From assembly GCA_963755915.1 (NCBI GenBank), contig CAVWLP010000002.1, positions 1,120,001 to 1,184,000 of the forward strand: 64,000 nt of DNA, in the 5' to 3' direction. Source of the stretch: an uncultured Phycisphaerales bacterium. GTDB lineage: Bacteria > Planctomycetota > Phycisphaerae > Tepidisphaerales > Tepidisphaeraceae. The translations under genes were made by a program, and so were the position numbers. The notes under the pieces were generated by a model. The model was given only the letters and a program-made list of their open reading frames with translations, was not told where the DNA came from and searched no databases. Positions 1 to 12,131 of the stretch are shown here, one piece after another; the stretch's first letter is position 1; each line of letters begins with the position of its first letter.

Positions 1-2431
1 CAGTCGATGATGAATTCGTGGGCGCATCGGCCGGATTTGCCCTTGAAGACGATCGGATAGTGGGCCTGCAATCGGGAGGCCATGTAATTGGCGTTGAGGA
101 TGGCGATTTCCGTCGCGCGTTTAAGGCCGGCGTCGCCCATGAGGGCGATGTAGACAAAGGAGATGGCCAGGATGCTGGCGCTGCCGTAGGGGGCCTGCGA
201 GATCGGGCCGATGGCGTGGCGGCCTTTTTCGGGCAGAAATTCGGCGAGATGCGCGGCGACGGCGATCGGCCCCATGCCGGGTCCTCCGCCGCCGTGGGGG
301 ATGCAGAAGGTTTTGTGCAGGTTCAGATGGCAGACATCCGCGCCCATGTCGCCGGGCCGACAGAGGCCGACCAGGGCGTTCATGTTGGCCCCGTCCATGT
401 ACACCTGTCCGCCGTTGTCGTGGACGATCCGGCAGATTTCCTTCACGGATTCCTCGAAGACGCCGTGCGTGGAGGGATAGGTGAGCATGATGGCGCCCAG
501 CTGATTCGCGATGTTCCCGCGCTTTGTTCTTCAGATCTTCAAGATCGATGTTTCCGAGTTCATCGCAGGCGACGGGCACGACGTGCATTCCGGCTGCGAC
601 GGCGCTGGCCGGGTTGGTGCCGTGGGCGGAGACGGGGATAAGGCAGATCGTTCGATTGCCCTGGGCCCGGCTTTCGTGATAGGCGCGAATCACCAGCAGT
701 CCGGCATATTCGCCTTGCGAGCCGGCGTTGGGCTGAAGCGATACCGCTGAAAAGCCGGTGATTTTCGCCAGCCAGCCTTCGAGGGTGGAGAGCATCTGCG
801 TATAACCCGCCGCCTGGTCGGCGGGGGCGAAGGGATGCATCCGGCCAAACTCGGGCCAGGTGACGGGGATCATTTCGCTGGTGGCGTTGAGCTTCATCGT
901 GCATGAGCCCAGGGGAATCATCGACTGCGCCAGCGAGAGGTCGCGGCTCATCAGGCGGAAAATGTAGCGCAGCATTTCCGTTTCGCTCTTGTGCCGATGA
1001 AAGACCGGATGGGCGAGAAACGGGGTGGTGCGCGTCAGATGCGGCTGGAAAGGGCGGGGCTTCGGTGGCCAACTGGTCGATGTTCACGCGGAGCGTCGCG
1101 CCGCCGGAGAATGATTCGAGGATGGCCTGCACGTCCTGGCGGGTGGTGGTTTCGTCGAGGGAAATGCCGATGGAGCTGTCGCCGAAATCGCGGAGATTGA
1201 ACCCGGCGGTTTTGGCGGCTGAAAGAACCGAGGAGATCGGCAAGCCGTTCACGTGAACGCGAAGCGTATCGAAAACGGGATGGTCCATCGGCGAATGTCC
1301 GAGCTTTCGCAGCGCCGCGGCCAGGGCCGTCGTCAGTCCGTAAACGCGCCGGGCGATGGCGCGCAGGCCGCCCGGGCCGTGATAGACGGCGTACATCCCC
1401 GCGATTACCGCCAGGAGCACCTGGGCGGTGCAGATGTTGCTCGTGGCCTTGTCGCGGCGGATGTGCTGCTCGCGCGTCTGGATGGCAAGTCGCAGGGCGG
1501 GATTGCCCGCGGAATCTCTGGAGATTCCCACCATTCTGCCGGGCATTTTGCGGGCGAATTCGTTTTTCGTGGCGAGATAAGCCGCGTGCGGGCCGCCGAA
1601 ACCCATCGGGACGCCGAAGCGCTGGGTCGAGCCGACGGCGATGTCAGCGCCGAATTCGCCCGGGGGTTTCAGAAGCGTGAGGGCCAGAATATCAGCCGCC
1701 ATCACGACCAGGGCGCCGCCGGCGTGGGCCGAGGAGATTACCGCGGAATAGTCGATTACCGATCCATCGGTCGTGGGATATTGAAGGAGAATCCCGCAGA
1801 ACTTTCCGATTGGATAAATCCGTTTTGCCTGCCGGCCCAATCACGCATTCCATCCCGATGGCTTTGGCCCGCGATTTCACGACGGCAATGGTGCGGGGAT
1901 GGCAATCGTCGGCGACGAAAAACGCCGGCCGGTCTTCCTCCACGATGCGCCGGCACATCACCATCGCCTCGGCGGCGGCGGTTGCTTCATCGAGCAGCGA
2001 CGCGTTGGCCAGCGGCAGGCCGGTCAGATCGCTTACCATCGTTTGAAAATTCAGCAGCGCCTCCAAACGTCCCTGGGCGATCTCCGCCTGGTAGGGCGTG
2101 TACTGCGTATACCAGCCTGGATTTTCCAGGATATTCCGCAGGATCACCGGCGGCGTGATCGTGTCGCTATAACCCATCCCCAGGCAGGTTCGCAGGACGG
2201 TATTTTTCGCCGCGACTGTGCGCAGCTCTTCAATCAGCTCAAATTCGCCGCGCCGGGCCCGATGCCCAGCGGCTGGCGAAAACGGATGGATTGCGGAATC
2301 GTCTGATCCATCAGCTCATCAAGCGAGGAAACGCCGATGACCTGCAACATCTCGGCCACATCCTCGTCGCCCGGACCGATATGACGGCGGGAAAAGTCGT
2401 CGGTCCAAGTAATGTTTTTGTTTGATGTCAT
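1..2431 (-). CDS. gcvP: Glycine dehydrogenase (aminomethyl-transferring), P protein; runs off the window start; about 4 apparent frameshifts (~2250, ~1805, ~1042, ~505)
   Basis: Consecutive ORF pieces carry [56 protein letters not shown] and [10 protein letters not shown]; directly downstream of gcvT-gcvH. Confidence 0.96.
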
Positions 2432-2538
2432 CTGCCGCGCGTAGGCTAGGAGCGTTGTGGGGGAGAATCAAGTCCGTCTGTGGCGTGATGACGTAACGAC
2501 TGGGCGGAGCAGTCACGTATGATTCCAAATCTGCAGTA

Positions 2539-2581
2539 GGCCCTCATCCCTACCCTCTCCCGGAGTACCGGGCGAGGGGGG
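2539..2581. repeat. REP-like palindrome, CCCTCTCCC family, copy 1
   Basis: GGCCCTCATCCCTACCCTCTCCCGGAGTACCGGGCGAGGGGG; near-identical to 17145 and 30061. Confidence 0.85.
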
Positions 2582-2621
2582 AAGAGCGGGTCCACAACTC
2601 GTTGTAATGGCAATGAGGGAT

Positions 2622-2652
2622 GCCGTTAAAGTGCCGTTAAACGGCCGTTAAA
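2622..2652. repeat. Three GCCGTTAAA direct repeats with 11-bp period
   Basis: Copies start at 2622, 2633 and 2644. Confidence 0.85.
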
Positions 2653-2661
2653 TGAGAAAGC

Positions 2662-3046
2662 TCATTTCGCCACTTGCTTCAGATAATCATCCGCCGACAG
2701 CAGTTTCCCCATTTCCGCAGCCGCATTGGTTGCCTTCACCTTGATCATCCATGCCTTGCCCAGCGGATCGGAATTGACCAGTCCCGGATTCGCATTGAGC
2801 TCGTCGTTGACCGCGCGTAACGGTTCCGCTGACGCCGGTATAAAGATCGCTGGTGGCTTTGACGGATTCGATTTCGCCCCACGGCGATCCCGCGGTCACC
2901 TTCGTGCCGACGGTTGGGAGCTTTACATAGGTGATGTCCGTCAGCTCATCGGCCGCGTTTTGCGTGATGCCGATCGTCACAACGTCGCCGGCAAGCTGGT
3001 GCCATTCGTGCGTTTCCAGATATTTTCGGTCTTGGGGAACAGGCAT
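2662..3046 (-). CDS. gcvH: Glycine cleavage system H protein; one apparent frameshift near 2815
   Basis: YLETHEW...GEIESVKATSD lipoyl-lysine motif; shifted frame continues VNDELNANPGLVNSDP...YLKQVAK* to 2662. Confidence 0.95.
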
Positions 3047-3055
3047 GGTGAAACC

Positions 3056-4153
3056 TCACTTTGCTCTTTTGTAAAACGGCAGCGGTACGACCTTCGCCGC
3101 CGCGATGCTTCCGCGGAGATCGATCTCCACGGCCTCGCTTTCTCCCGCCTTGGCGGCATCGACGTACGCCATCGCGATGCTGCGGCCCAGCGTTGGCGAG
3201 AACGTGCCGCTGGTGACTTCACCGATCGATGCCGGGCCCGACTTTACGATCGATCCCTGGCGGGCGATGCGCGGGGTATTCAGTTCCAGGCCGACCAGTT
3301 TCTTCGCCGGTCCGTGCCCGGCAATCACGCGCAGCGGCTCGACGCCGATGAATTGCTTACCCAGATCGACCGCCCAACTCAAGCCCGCGGAGATGGGGTC
3401 GGTGCTTTCGGTGAGTTCGTGGCCGTAAAGCGGCATGCCGGCTTCCAGGCGCAGGGTGTCGCGCGCGCCAAGGCCGGCCGGTTTGATTGGCGCATCGGGT
3501 TTGCTCATTTCTCCGGACATCGAATTCACCATATTCTGAGCGGTTCCGCCGGACACAATGACCTCAACGCCATCCTCGCCGGTGTATCCGCTGCGGAAAA
3601 GCGTGAATCGGCTCATCATGTAGGTGCCGGTTTCAAAGCCGTAGCGCTTGATCGCTTTCACATCGATTTCCAGGGCCTCGCTGATCATGTCGATGACCGC
3701 CGGTCCCTGGACGGCAACCATGGCGGTAGATTCCGTTCGATCAGAAATCTCGGCTTCAAATCCTTTTTCATCACGAACCTTGGTGATGTGCCCCAGAATC
3801 TTTTCCCGGTTTGCCCCGTTACAGACAACCAGCCAGTTCCGCGGGTGCTTGCTGACGATCACATCATCCAGCACGCCACCGGCCGAATTGCAGACCAGGC
3901 TATAACGGCTCTGCCCGACGCGCATCTGGGCGACGTTGCGCGTCAGCACCAGCTCCAGCAGCGCCGCGGCGCCGGCGCCGCTAATCTGAATTCTCCCCAT
4001 GTGCGAAACGTCGAACAGCGATCCGCTCTGGCGCGTCTGGCGGTGCTCCTCGACGATTCCGCGGTAGAGGATGGGCATCTCCCAGCCGGCGTATTCGACC
4101 ATCTTGGCCCCGCAGGCGACGTGAAATTCATGAAGCGGCGATCGCTTGAGCAT
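3056..4153 (-). CDS. gcvT: Glycine cleavage system aminomethyltransferase T
   Basis: LFDVSHMG, RSGYTGEDGVE, GLGARDTLRLEAG, GEVTSGTFSPTL motifs. Confidence 0.97.
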   Translation of the reverse strand: MLKRSPLHEFHVACGAKMVEYAGWEMPILYRGIVEEHRQTRQSGSLFDVSHMGRIQISGAGAAALLELVLTRNVAQMRVGQSRYSLVCNSAGGVLDDVIVSKHPRNWLVVCNGANREKILGHITKVRDEKGFEAEISDRTESTAMVAVQGPAVIDMISEALEIDVKAIKRYGFETGTYMMSRFTLFRSGYTGEDGVEVIVSGGTAQNMVNSMSGEMSKPDAPIKPAGLGARDTLRLEAGMPLYGHELTESTDPISAGLSWAVDLGKQFIGVEPLRVIAGHGPAKKLVGLELNTPRIARQGSIVKSGPASIGEVTSGTFSPTLGRSIAMAYVDAAKAGESEAVEIDLRGSIAAAKVVPLPFYKRAK

Positions 4154-4166
4154 TTGTGCGCGCCGA

Positions 4167-4195
4167 GCCTATGCACGGGACCAAACAGCGTCAAG
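4167..4195 (-). promoter_or_regulatory. Putative sigma70 promoter of the gcv operon
   Basis: Minus strand TTGACG-17 nt-TAGGCT, about 13 nt before the gcvT ATG. Confidence 0.5.
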
Positions 4196-4269
4196 AATCT
4201 CGGCGCTCTTGTCGCTTATGAAATGGCCGAGGGATGCGGGGTGGCGGCGCTGCGTCGACGTTTTCTCAA

Positions 4270-6147
4270 CTACGAGATACAGCCCGCTTCGAAGTTAGCG
4301 CAGAACTGCGCGTAAGTCAGCGTCGCGATGCCCTGGCTGTTTTCCAGGGAGTCGCCCGAAAAGCCCCAGGGATTTCTCACGACGAAATACATCGTCCCAT
4401 CCGATTCATAAACGCTCACCAGCGAATAAGCGTGATCTCCCACAAGATTAGGCGGAGAGGCGGGAGTGCCCAGCGTGATGGCATCGCCATCCGCGAGGTC
4501 CGTCGAGAGCGTGCTATAGAGGATGGCCTGCGAAAGCGCCGTCGGAACGAATTCCTCTGAATTGAGCCCAAAATCGCCATATACTTCTCCCATCCATCCG
4601 CTGGCAATCGAAGCGTAAGTGTTGGCGCCTGTTCGGTAAAAACAGAAAGCCTTCTCCATGACCGCCCCCCAGATCGATCCATCGGAACCTGGATGGGCAT
4701 ACAAGAATCCGTCAAACGAACCGGTCGAGAACTGATTCGAGACGCGCACGTAAGTCGGTGTGCCCAGGCTCATGAACTGAACGACGTAAGTTCCGTCACC
4801 CATATCAACGGCAGATTGGACCAAAACATTCGGATCCTGTTGTGCGATAGCCGCCAGGGCGGCGATAAAAAAGCAGTCTCCACTTGCCCCTTGGTTTGCA
4901 TCTGCCGCAACCGGACCAGTCCCGAACAACGATGCGTTTACCGTCATTGTTGCTCCTGCATCGCTGGGATCAGCAAGTGCGGCGCCATACGCCTTGCTGA
5001 CGCCTCCCGCGAAGCTGGCTACGCTGTGGACGGAGCCGGTTCCGGAAAAGGCATCCGTTGAGTCGATCCATGCGGTTACGTCGGCTCCAGCGCTGTCAAT
5101 TGTTGTCGGCGCCGCGTCAATTGTTTCCAATGTAGCCGGCGAAACCACGGATGAGGCGACATTTATCGTGTCGGTTCCACCGCGGGTGTAAATGAACAGT
5201 CCACCGGCGGTTGCCGCATCCGTGAAATTTTCCCCATCGGCATTGATGGTAAAAATATCCGCATTTTCGGAAACCGTCACGGTATCGTCCGCACCGGTCG
5301 CGTTCACGACCAGCTCATCGCCATATCGCGTCGAAAGAGTAACCGTCGATTCATTGATGCTTCGACCGAAATTCGCGGTCATCGCGACGAAATTCGACCC
5401 ACTTACAACGCCGGAATAATTGAAGTTTCCCTCATCCCAGGCGCTGACCCCCTGACCAAAGTGAGAAGCGACGATCCCAAAATCCGTGCCGTTGACGACT
5501 CCGTCCAGGTTGGCGTCTCCCACTAGCGTGTATCTTATTTCGATCTCGCCCGCAGGCAGGCCTGCCGGATTTCCCGTGTCCGCCGAATCGGCATAGCCAA
5601 CGGCATAACTTTTATTCTCGGAGGCGGCGGATGAGATGATTCCAGCGCCGTTCCAGCTTCCTGCGTTAAATCCGCTTTTTACATAGCCGGCGATGATGGA
5701 TATGGGATCTGCGCCGCTTCCATAATCGATAAAAATGGAAGAGTAGCCAACATCGAGCGTACCGCCGTTTATCTGGAGTTGGCCGACGGTCTGCGGGGCG
5801 GTCACGACAACGTCGGCGCCGCCGCCGATCATCAGGTCGTAATCGGGATATTCGGCGGCAAAATCAGAGCTTAGTGTTACGGTTCCAGTGGTTACATCCA
5901 GGGTCGTGGTAGCGCCTGAGGAAGTAATGGTGTATTGAGCACCGGAGTTGGTGTAAAGACCGACTGGATTCGTATTGGATTGGGATGAAGTCGGAAAGTC
6001 AGTAGCTACATCACTTGTGTTGGTTAGATGCGCATGCAAAGGAGAGGCATGTGACATCAGCCTTCGAGTTTCCAGTGGTTCGCAATGGCACAGGACGCGT
6101 GATTTAAGGTAACCCCGTCTGACGTTATGAGGTGTTGTGGTTTTGAT
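4270..6147 (-). CDS. Secreted LEPRxLL-type protein with dockerin-like segment and C-terminal calpain-like (C2) cysteine peptidase domain; start uncertain (6147 ATC or ORF-track 6288)
   Basis: CEPLETRRLMS; GDANLDGVVNGTDF; triad motifs QGASGDCFFIAAL, GDHAYSL, VRNPWG. Confidence 0.85.
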   Translation of the reverse strand: MKTTTPHNVRRGYLKSRVLCHCEPLETRRLMSHASPLHAHLTNTSDVATDFPTSSQSNTNPVGLYTNSGAQYTITSSGATTTLDVTTGTVTLSSDFAAEYPDYDLMIGGGADVVVTAPQTVGQLQINGGTLDVGYSSIFIDYGSGADPISIIAGYVKSGFNAGSWNGAGIISSAASENKSYAVGYADSADTGNPAGLPAGEIEIRYTLVGDANLDGVVNGTDFGIVASHFGQGVSAWDEGNFNYSGVVSGSNFVAMTANFGRSINESTVTLSTRYGDELVVNATGADDTVTVSENADIFTINADGENFTDAATAGGLFIYTRGGTDTINVASSVVSPATLETIDAAPTTIDSAGADVTAWIDSTDAFSGTGSVHSVASFAGGVSKAYGAALADPSDAGATMTVNASLFGTGPVAADANQGASGDCFFIAALAAIAQQDPNVLVQSAVDMGDGTYVVQFMSLGTPTYVRVSNQFSTGSFDGFLYAHPGSDGSIWGAVMEKAFCFYRTGANTYASIASGWMGEVYGDFGLNSEEFVPTALSQAILYSTLSTDLADGDAITLGTPASPPNLVGDHAYSLVSVYESDGTMYFVVRNPWGFSGDSLENSQGIATLTYAQFCANFEAGCIS

Positions 6148-6606
6148 AAAAAAACCTTTCGCTTTAAAAGCCGCAGTGGGGGCCTGAAGCAACTCCAAAG
6201 CAATACAACGCGATTTAATTGCGCGATATCGGTGGCGCCCTGGTTCGAAATTCGCGGACCGAAACGACCCGACAGAGGCGGTCGTCATTCAAGATGTTCT
6301 AAGAGTCAACTGAGCTTTCCGGTTCGCTCTCCGCAACTTAATGGAGGGGGCTTCCGGTCCTTCCAACGCTGGGATGCGATCATAGCCGAATTGCAGTGCC
6401 GGAAAAGTGATTTTTGTGAATGTTTTTGCAATTTGTCCTTTTTTTTGCCTTCGCCAATGGGCGACACACGTTTTCGGCTGCTCGCCTCGTCGGTCCCGGA
6501 CGGCGGCGGAAGATCGCCTTGCAGCGGGTTCATCAGGTTTTAAAACATCCTTGACCCCACGGCTTCGATTTTTGGTTGAATTTGGCATACAATGCTGGGC
6601 TCTCTT

Positions 6607-9246
<2,640 letters not shown>

Positions 9247-9250
9247 CGAA

Positions 9251-9964
9251 GTGGGGCTGGTTCGATACTTGGTGCTGATTGCGATTTCGTCCCTGGGGAT
9301 GGGAGCGTGCTGGTGGGCAGCGGGGCCGTCGCTGGGGCTGTTCTTTGGTGGATTGCTTGTCGCGACATTTCTTACGCCTGCGGGAGTGCTTTGCGGGAAA
9401 GCCGCAGCGAGCGTTGGCGGATTCATCGCCGTCGTCGCGCCGGTTGTCGGGGTGTGGGTGCTGACTGCGACGAAAACCTCGAACACGCCGGCAGCATTGG
9501 GCGAGGCGGCTTGCGTGCTTCTCACTTATTCCATCGCTATCTCCGGGATCGCGCTGATCCTCGCGCGGGTGCGCGTGCCGGCAATTTTCGCGTCTGCCGC
9601 GGCGATCGTGCTGGGATTGGCGTGGCTCACCTGGCCGGTCTGGCTTTCGGCCCCTCTGGTTGGCCGCGGATATGATCGCGCCGTGCAGGATCTGGTGATG
9701 GCTCATCCGCCGCTCACCATCAATGGAATCCTCATTGGCGAACCCGCCTGGACGGAAAGATCAGTCGCGTATCACCTGACGGATCTCAACCAGGACGTGC
9801 CGATTCGGTTGCCCGATAATCCGGCGATTTGCGCAACCGCGCACGGAATCATCGGGATTTCGCTTTGGATTATCGCCTTCGCGTGGAAGGCGAAGAAGAG
9901 TGCCGCTGTTTTGAATTCATCGGCCACACCGCATACAGTAGTCCCCAATGTCCGAAACGAGTAA
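9251..9964 (+). CDS. Hypothetical integral membrane protein (start 9251 GTG or 9218 ATG)
   Basis: Several hydrophobic helices; adjacent to gyrA stop and overlaps the next gene. Confidence 0.7.
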   Translation: MGLVRYLVLIAISSLGMGACWWAAGPSLGLFFGGLLVATFLTPAGVLCGKAAASVGGFIAVVAPVVGVWVLTATKTSNTPAALGEAACVLLTYSIAISGIALILARVRVPAIFASAAAIVLGLAWLTWPVWLSAPLVGRGYDRAVQDLVMAHPPLTINGILIGEPAWTERSVAYHLTDLNQDVPIRLPDNPAICATAHGIIGISLWIIAFAWKAKKSAAVLNSSATPHTVVPNVRNE

Positions 9965-10544
9965 TTCCAAGTTTTCAACGCCGATCGTCGGTCTGGCTGC
10001 CTGGCTGATTCCCGGCGCGGGATATGTTCTGATCGGTGATCGCAGCCGGGGGATCACGGCAGGGGTGACGATCATCCTGCTCTTTTTCGCGGGGATTGCG
10101 GTCGGGGGGATCCGCATCATGGACCCGCCGGGGTGGGGGCAATATGGATATATGACGCAGCTTGTGCTCAAGGGCGGGCTCAGTTCCGCGCAGACGGATG
10201 ACGACTACACGCGCGTCGATCCGACCAGCAAGGAGGAGGAAAACGACCCGACAACGGTTTCGGCGGGCAAGCCGGCAGGTTCGGCAATTTTTATCGAGCC
10301 AATCAACGAGCTGGGAGACAAGCCCTGGTATGTCGGGCAGATCCTGTGCGGCCCGCTGACGATGGCGATGTCGGCGGTTTCGGTAGCCGTGGCCCATCCG
10401 CCCGAAGGAGCCACCACGGCCATCGAAAGCGTGCCCTCATCGCATTCCCGCTCGTGGGAGATTGGGGAGCTCTACACCGCGGTGGCAGGAATGCTGAATC
10501 TACTGGTCATCATCGATTCCGCGCATCGCGCGAGTTTAAGGTGA
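9948..10544 (+). CDS. Membrane protein, DUF6677-like
   Basis: LAAWLIPGAG...G and GELYTAVAGMLNLLVIID motifs. Confidence 0.7.
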   Translation: MSETSNSKFSTPIVGLAAWLIPGAGYVLIGDRSRGITAGVTIILLFFAGIAVGGIRIMDPPGWGQYGYMTQLVLKGGLSSAQTDDDYTRVDPTSKEEENDPTTVSAGKPAGSAIFIEPINELGDKPWYVGQILCGPLTMAMSAVSVAVAHPPEGATTAIESVPSSHSRSWEIGELYTAVAGMLNLLVIIDSAHRASLR

Positions 10545-10551
10545 TAGGCAT

Positions 10552-10800
10552 ATGAACATTCTCGCGACCACGGTTTCTTATCGTCCGTTCCTCGATCCAC
10601 TGCCGATCTGGGTGCGGCCCTGGTGCTGGCCGCTGCTGCTTCTGCCTCTGTGTCTTGCGGTGGCGATCGTTTACAAGTGCGTGCGTTGCCGGCGGACGTC
10701 GGAGGTGCCGCGCGAGGCGACGCAACTGTTTATTGAGATCGTTTTGGGAATGATCCTTACGGCGGCGGCGCTGGCGGGGCTTGCGGCGTTGATGGATTAG
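10552..10800 (+). CDS. Small two-helix membrane protein
   Basis: PFLDPLP...LLLLPLCLAVAIVYK; follows previous gene by 7 nt. Confidence 0.7.
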   Translation: MNILATTVSYRPFLDPLPIWVRPWCWPLLLLPLCLAVAIVYKCVRCRRTSEVPREATQLFIEIVLGMILTAAALAGLAALMD

Positions 10801-12115
10801 CCGCGGCGGATTCAGGCATCGGCAGCAGGGGCAAGGTAAAGAAATTAAGATTATTCGCGCGTAGATACTCGATTTTCGCCGGCAGATCGTCTGGCCGCGG
10901 ATGGGGATAGATCGGTCTTTCGACAGCGCCGTCGGCTTCGTCGAGGCTGGCACTGCGCTGGTAGTGGGCGATCCACATCAGTTTGTTCTGCTTGTTCTCG
11001 ACCATCGCGGATTTGTCGTCCGGATAGACGATCGCGCCGGCGTAGAGGGCCATGACCATCGCGGCGAGGACCGCGACACCGCGCGGGATTCGCGTGCGGA
11101 TCATGGGGATGGCGAGATAGGCGCCCACGAAGCCGGGCGTGATCAGCGGAATGTAACGCGAGGTCATCAGGCAATAGACGCTGACGGAGATGCGCCCCTC
11201 GACGGTGGCCAAAACGTAGAGGATCGAGAAGCCCAAGAGGCTGGCGATGATGATGGCCTTGGCGTCGGATTTGAGGGCCGCGGGAATCTGGGCGACGAGG
11301 ACGATGACGATCAGAATCGTCATGCCGCAGCCGAATATCTGGTTGAAGGGGATCGCGATGAAATTGAAGTAGTGCGAGAGGCCTATCGCGATGGCCAGGG
11401 GAAACTTGAGAATGTTCGGATCGAGCAACCGGAAAGAGGGGTTCGCGGGGTCGAGTTTGTAGTGGAGGAAAAAGAGAGCCAAAGATGCCAGGCAAACGAC
11501 GACCGCGCGGAAATTGCGGGTGATCGCGAAGGCGACTGGCGTAACCAGGCCCAGGAAAAAACCGAAGCCGGTGAAGATCGACAGGAAATTGATGCAGAGA
11601 ATCAGCCCCGTTCTTCCGGCGCCTTTTCGCAGGGTCCAGCCCAGGCAGTAGAGCATTAGCAGGAGCAGGGGGATCGCGGAGTGGGAGCTGTTGACGGTAA
11701 GCGACCAGATTTCGTACTGCCGGACGGTGAGGAAGAGGGAAGGCAGAACGATGAGGTCGTACCAGGCGAGGCCGCCGAATGCGCGGGCCTTCATGGCGAG
11801 GCAGGCGACCAGCGCGAGGATCAGAATTACGCCGATAGCGAAGGATTCGGCCCGCATGTTCCAGCGGGACAGCGGCGCGATGATGCTGGAGAGGAGCATG
11901 CCGACGCCTTCGCGATGGGGGCCGATCTGGGCGGTGAAGCGCTGCCAGTAGTTCCCGGTTCCTTCCAGCGTGAAGTAATAGTTGAAGTTGTCCCACCAGA
12001 GGATGTTGACCGAATACCGGTTGATTAGCAGGAAGAGGCGGACGACGAGGAAAATTGTATAGGCGATGCCGACCGCCCAGGCGAGGCAATGGAGAGATCG
12101 GGGCGGCGGCTTCAT
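10757..12115 (-). CDS. Polytopic membrane protein, possible GT-C-fold glycosyltransferase
   Basis: About 11 hydrophobic segments; NILWWDNF after first helix; downstream of murJ. Confidence 0.65.
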   Translation of the reverse strand: MKPPPRSLHCLAWAVGIAYTIFLVVRLFLLINRYSVNILWWDNFNYYFTLEGTGNYWQRFTAQIGPHREGVGMLLSSIIAPLSRWNMRAESFAIGVILILALVACLAMKARAFGGLAWYDLIVLPSLFLTVRQYEIWSLTVNSSHSAIPLLLLMLYCLGWTLRKGAGRTGLILCINFLSIFTGFGFFLGLVTPVAFAITRNFRAVVVCLASLALFFLHYKLDPANPSFRLLDPNILKFPLAIAIGLSHYFNFIAIPFNQIFGCGMTILIVIVLVAQIPAALKSDAKAIIIASLLGFSILYVLATVEGRISVSVYCLMTSRYIPLITPGFVGAYLAIPMIRTRIPRGVAVLAAMVMALYAGAIVYPDDKSAMVENKQNKLMWIAHYQRSASLDEADGAVERPIYPHPRPDDLPAKIEYLRANNLNFFTLPLLPMPESAAANPSTPQAPPAPPP

Positions 12116-12131
12116 TGTCGGGCGGTAAGTG

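Noticed and set aside
4154-4269. Glycine riboswitch upstream of gcvT
   Set aside because: No recognisable aptamer motifs, and the predicted promoter leaves only a very short leader
6306-6588. Short minus-strand ORFs between the protease and gyrA
   Set aside because: No recognisable motifs; the region reads as divergent promoter DNA
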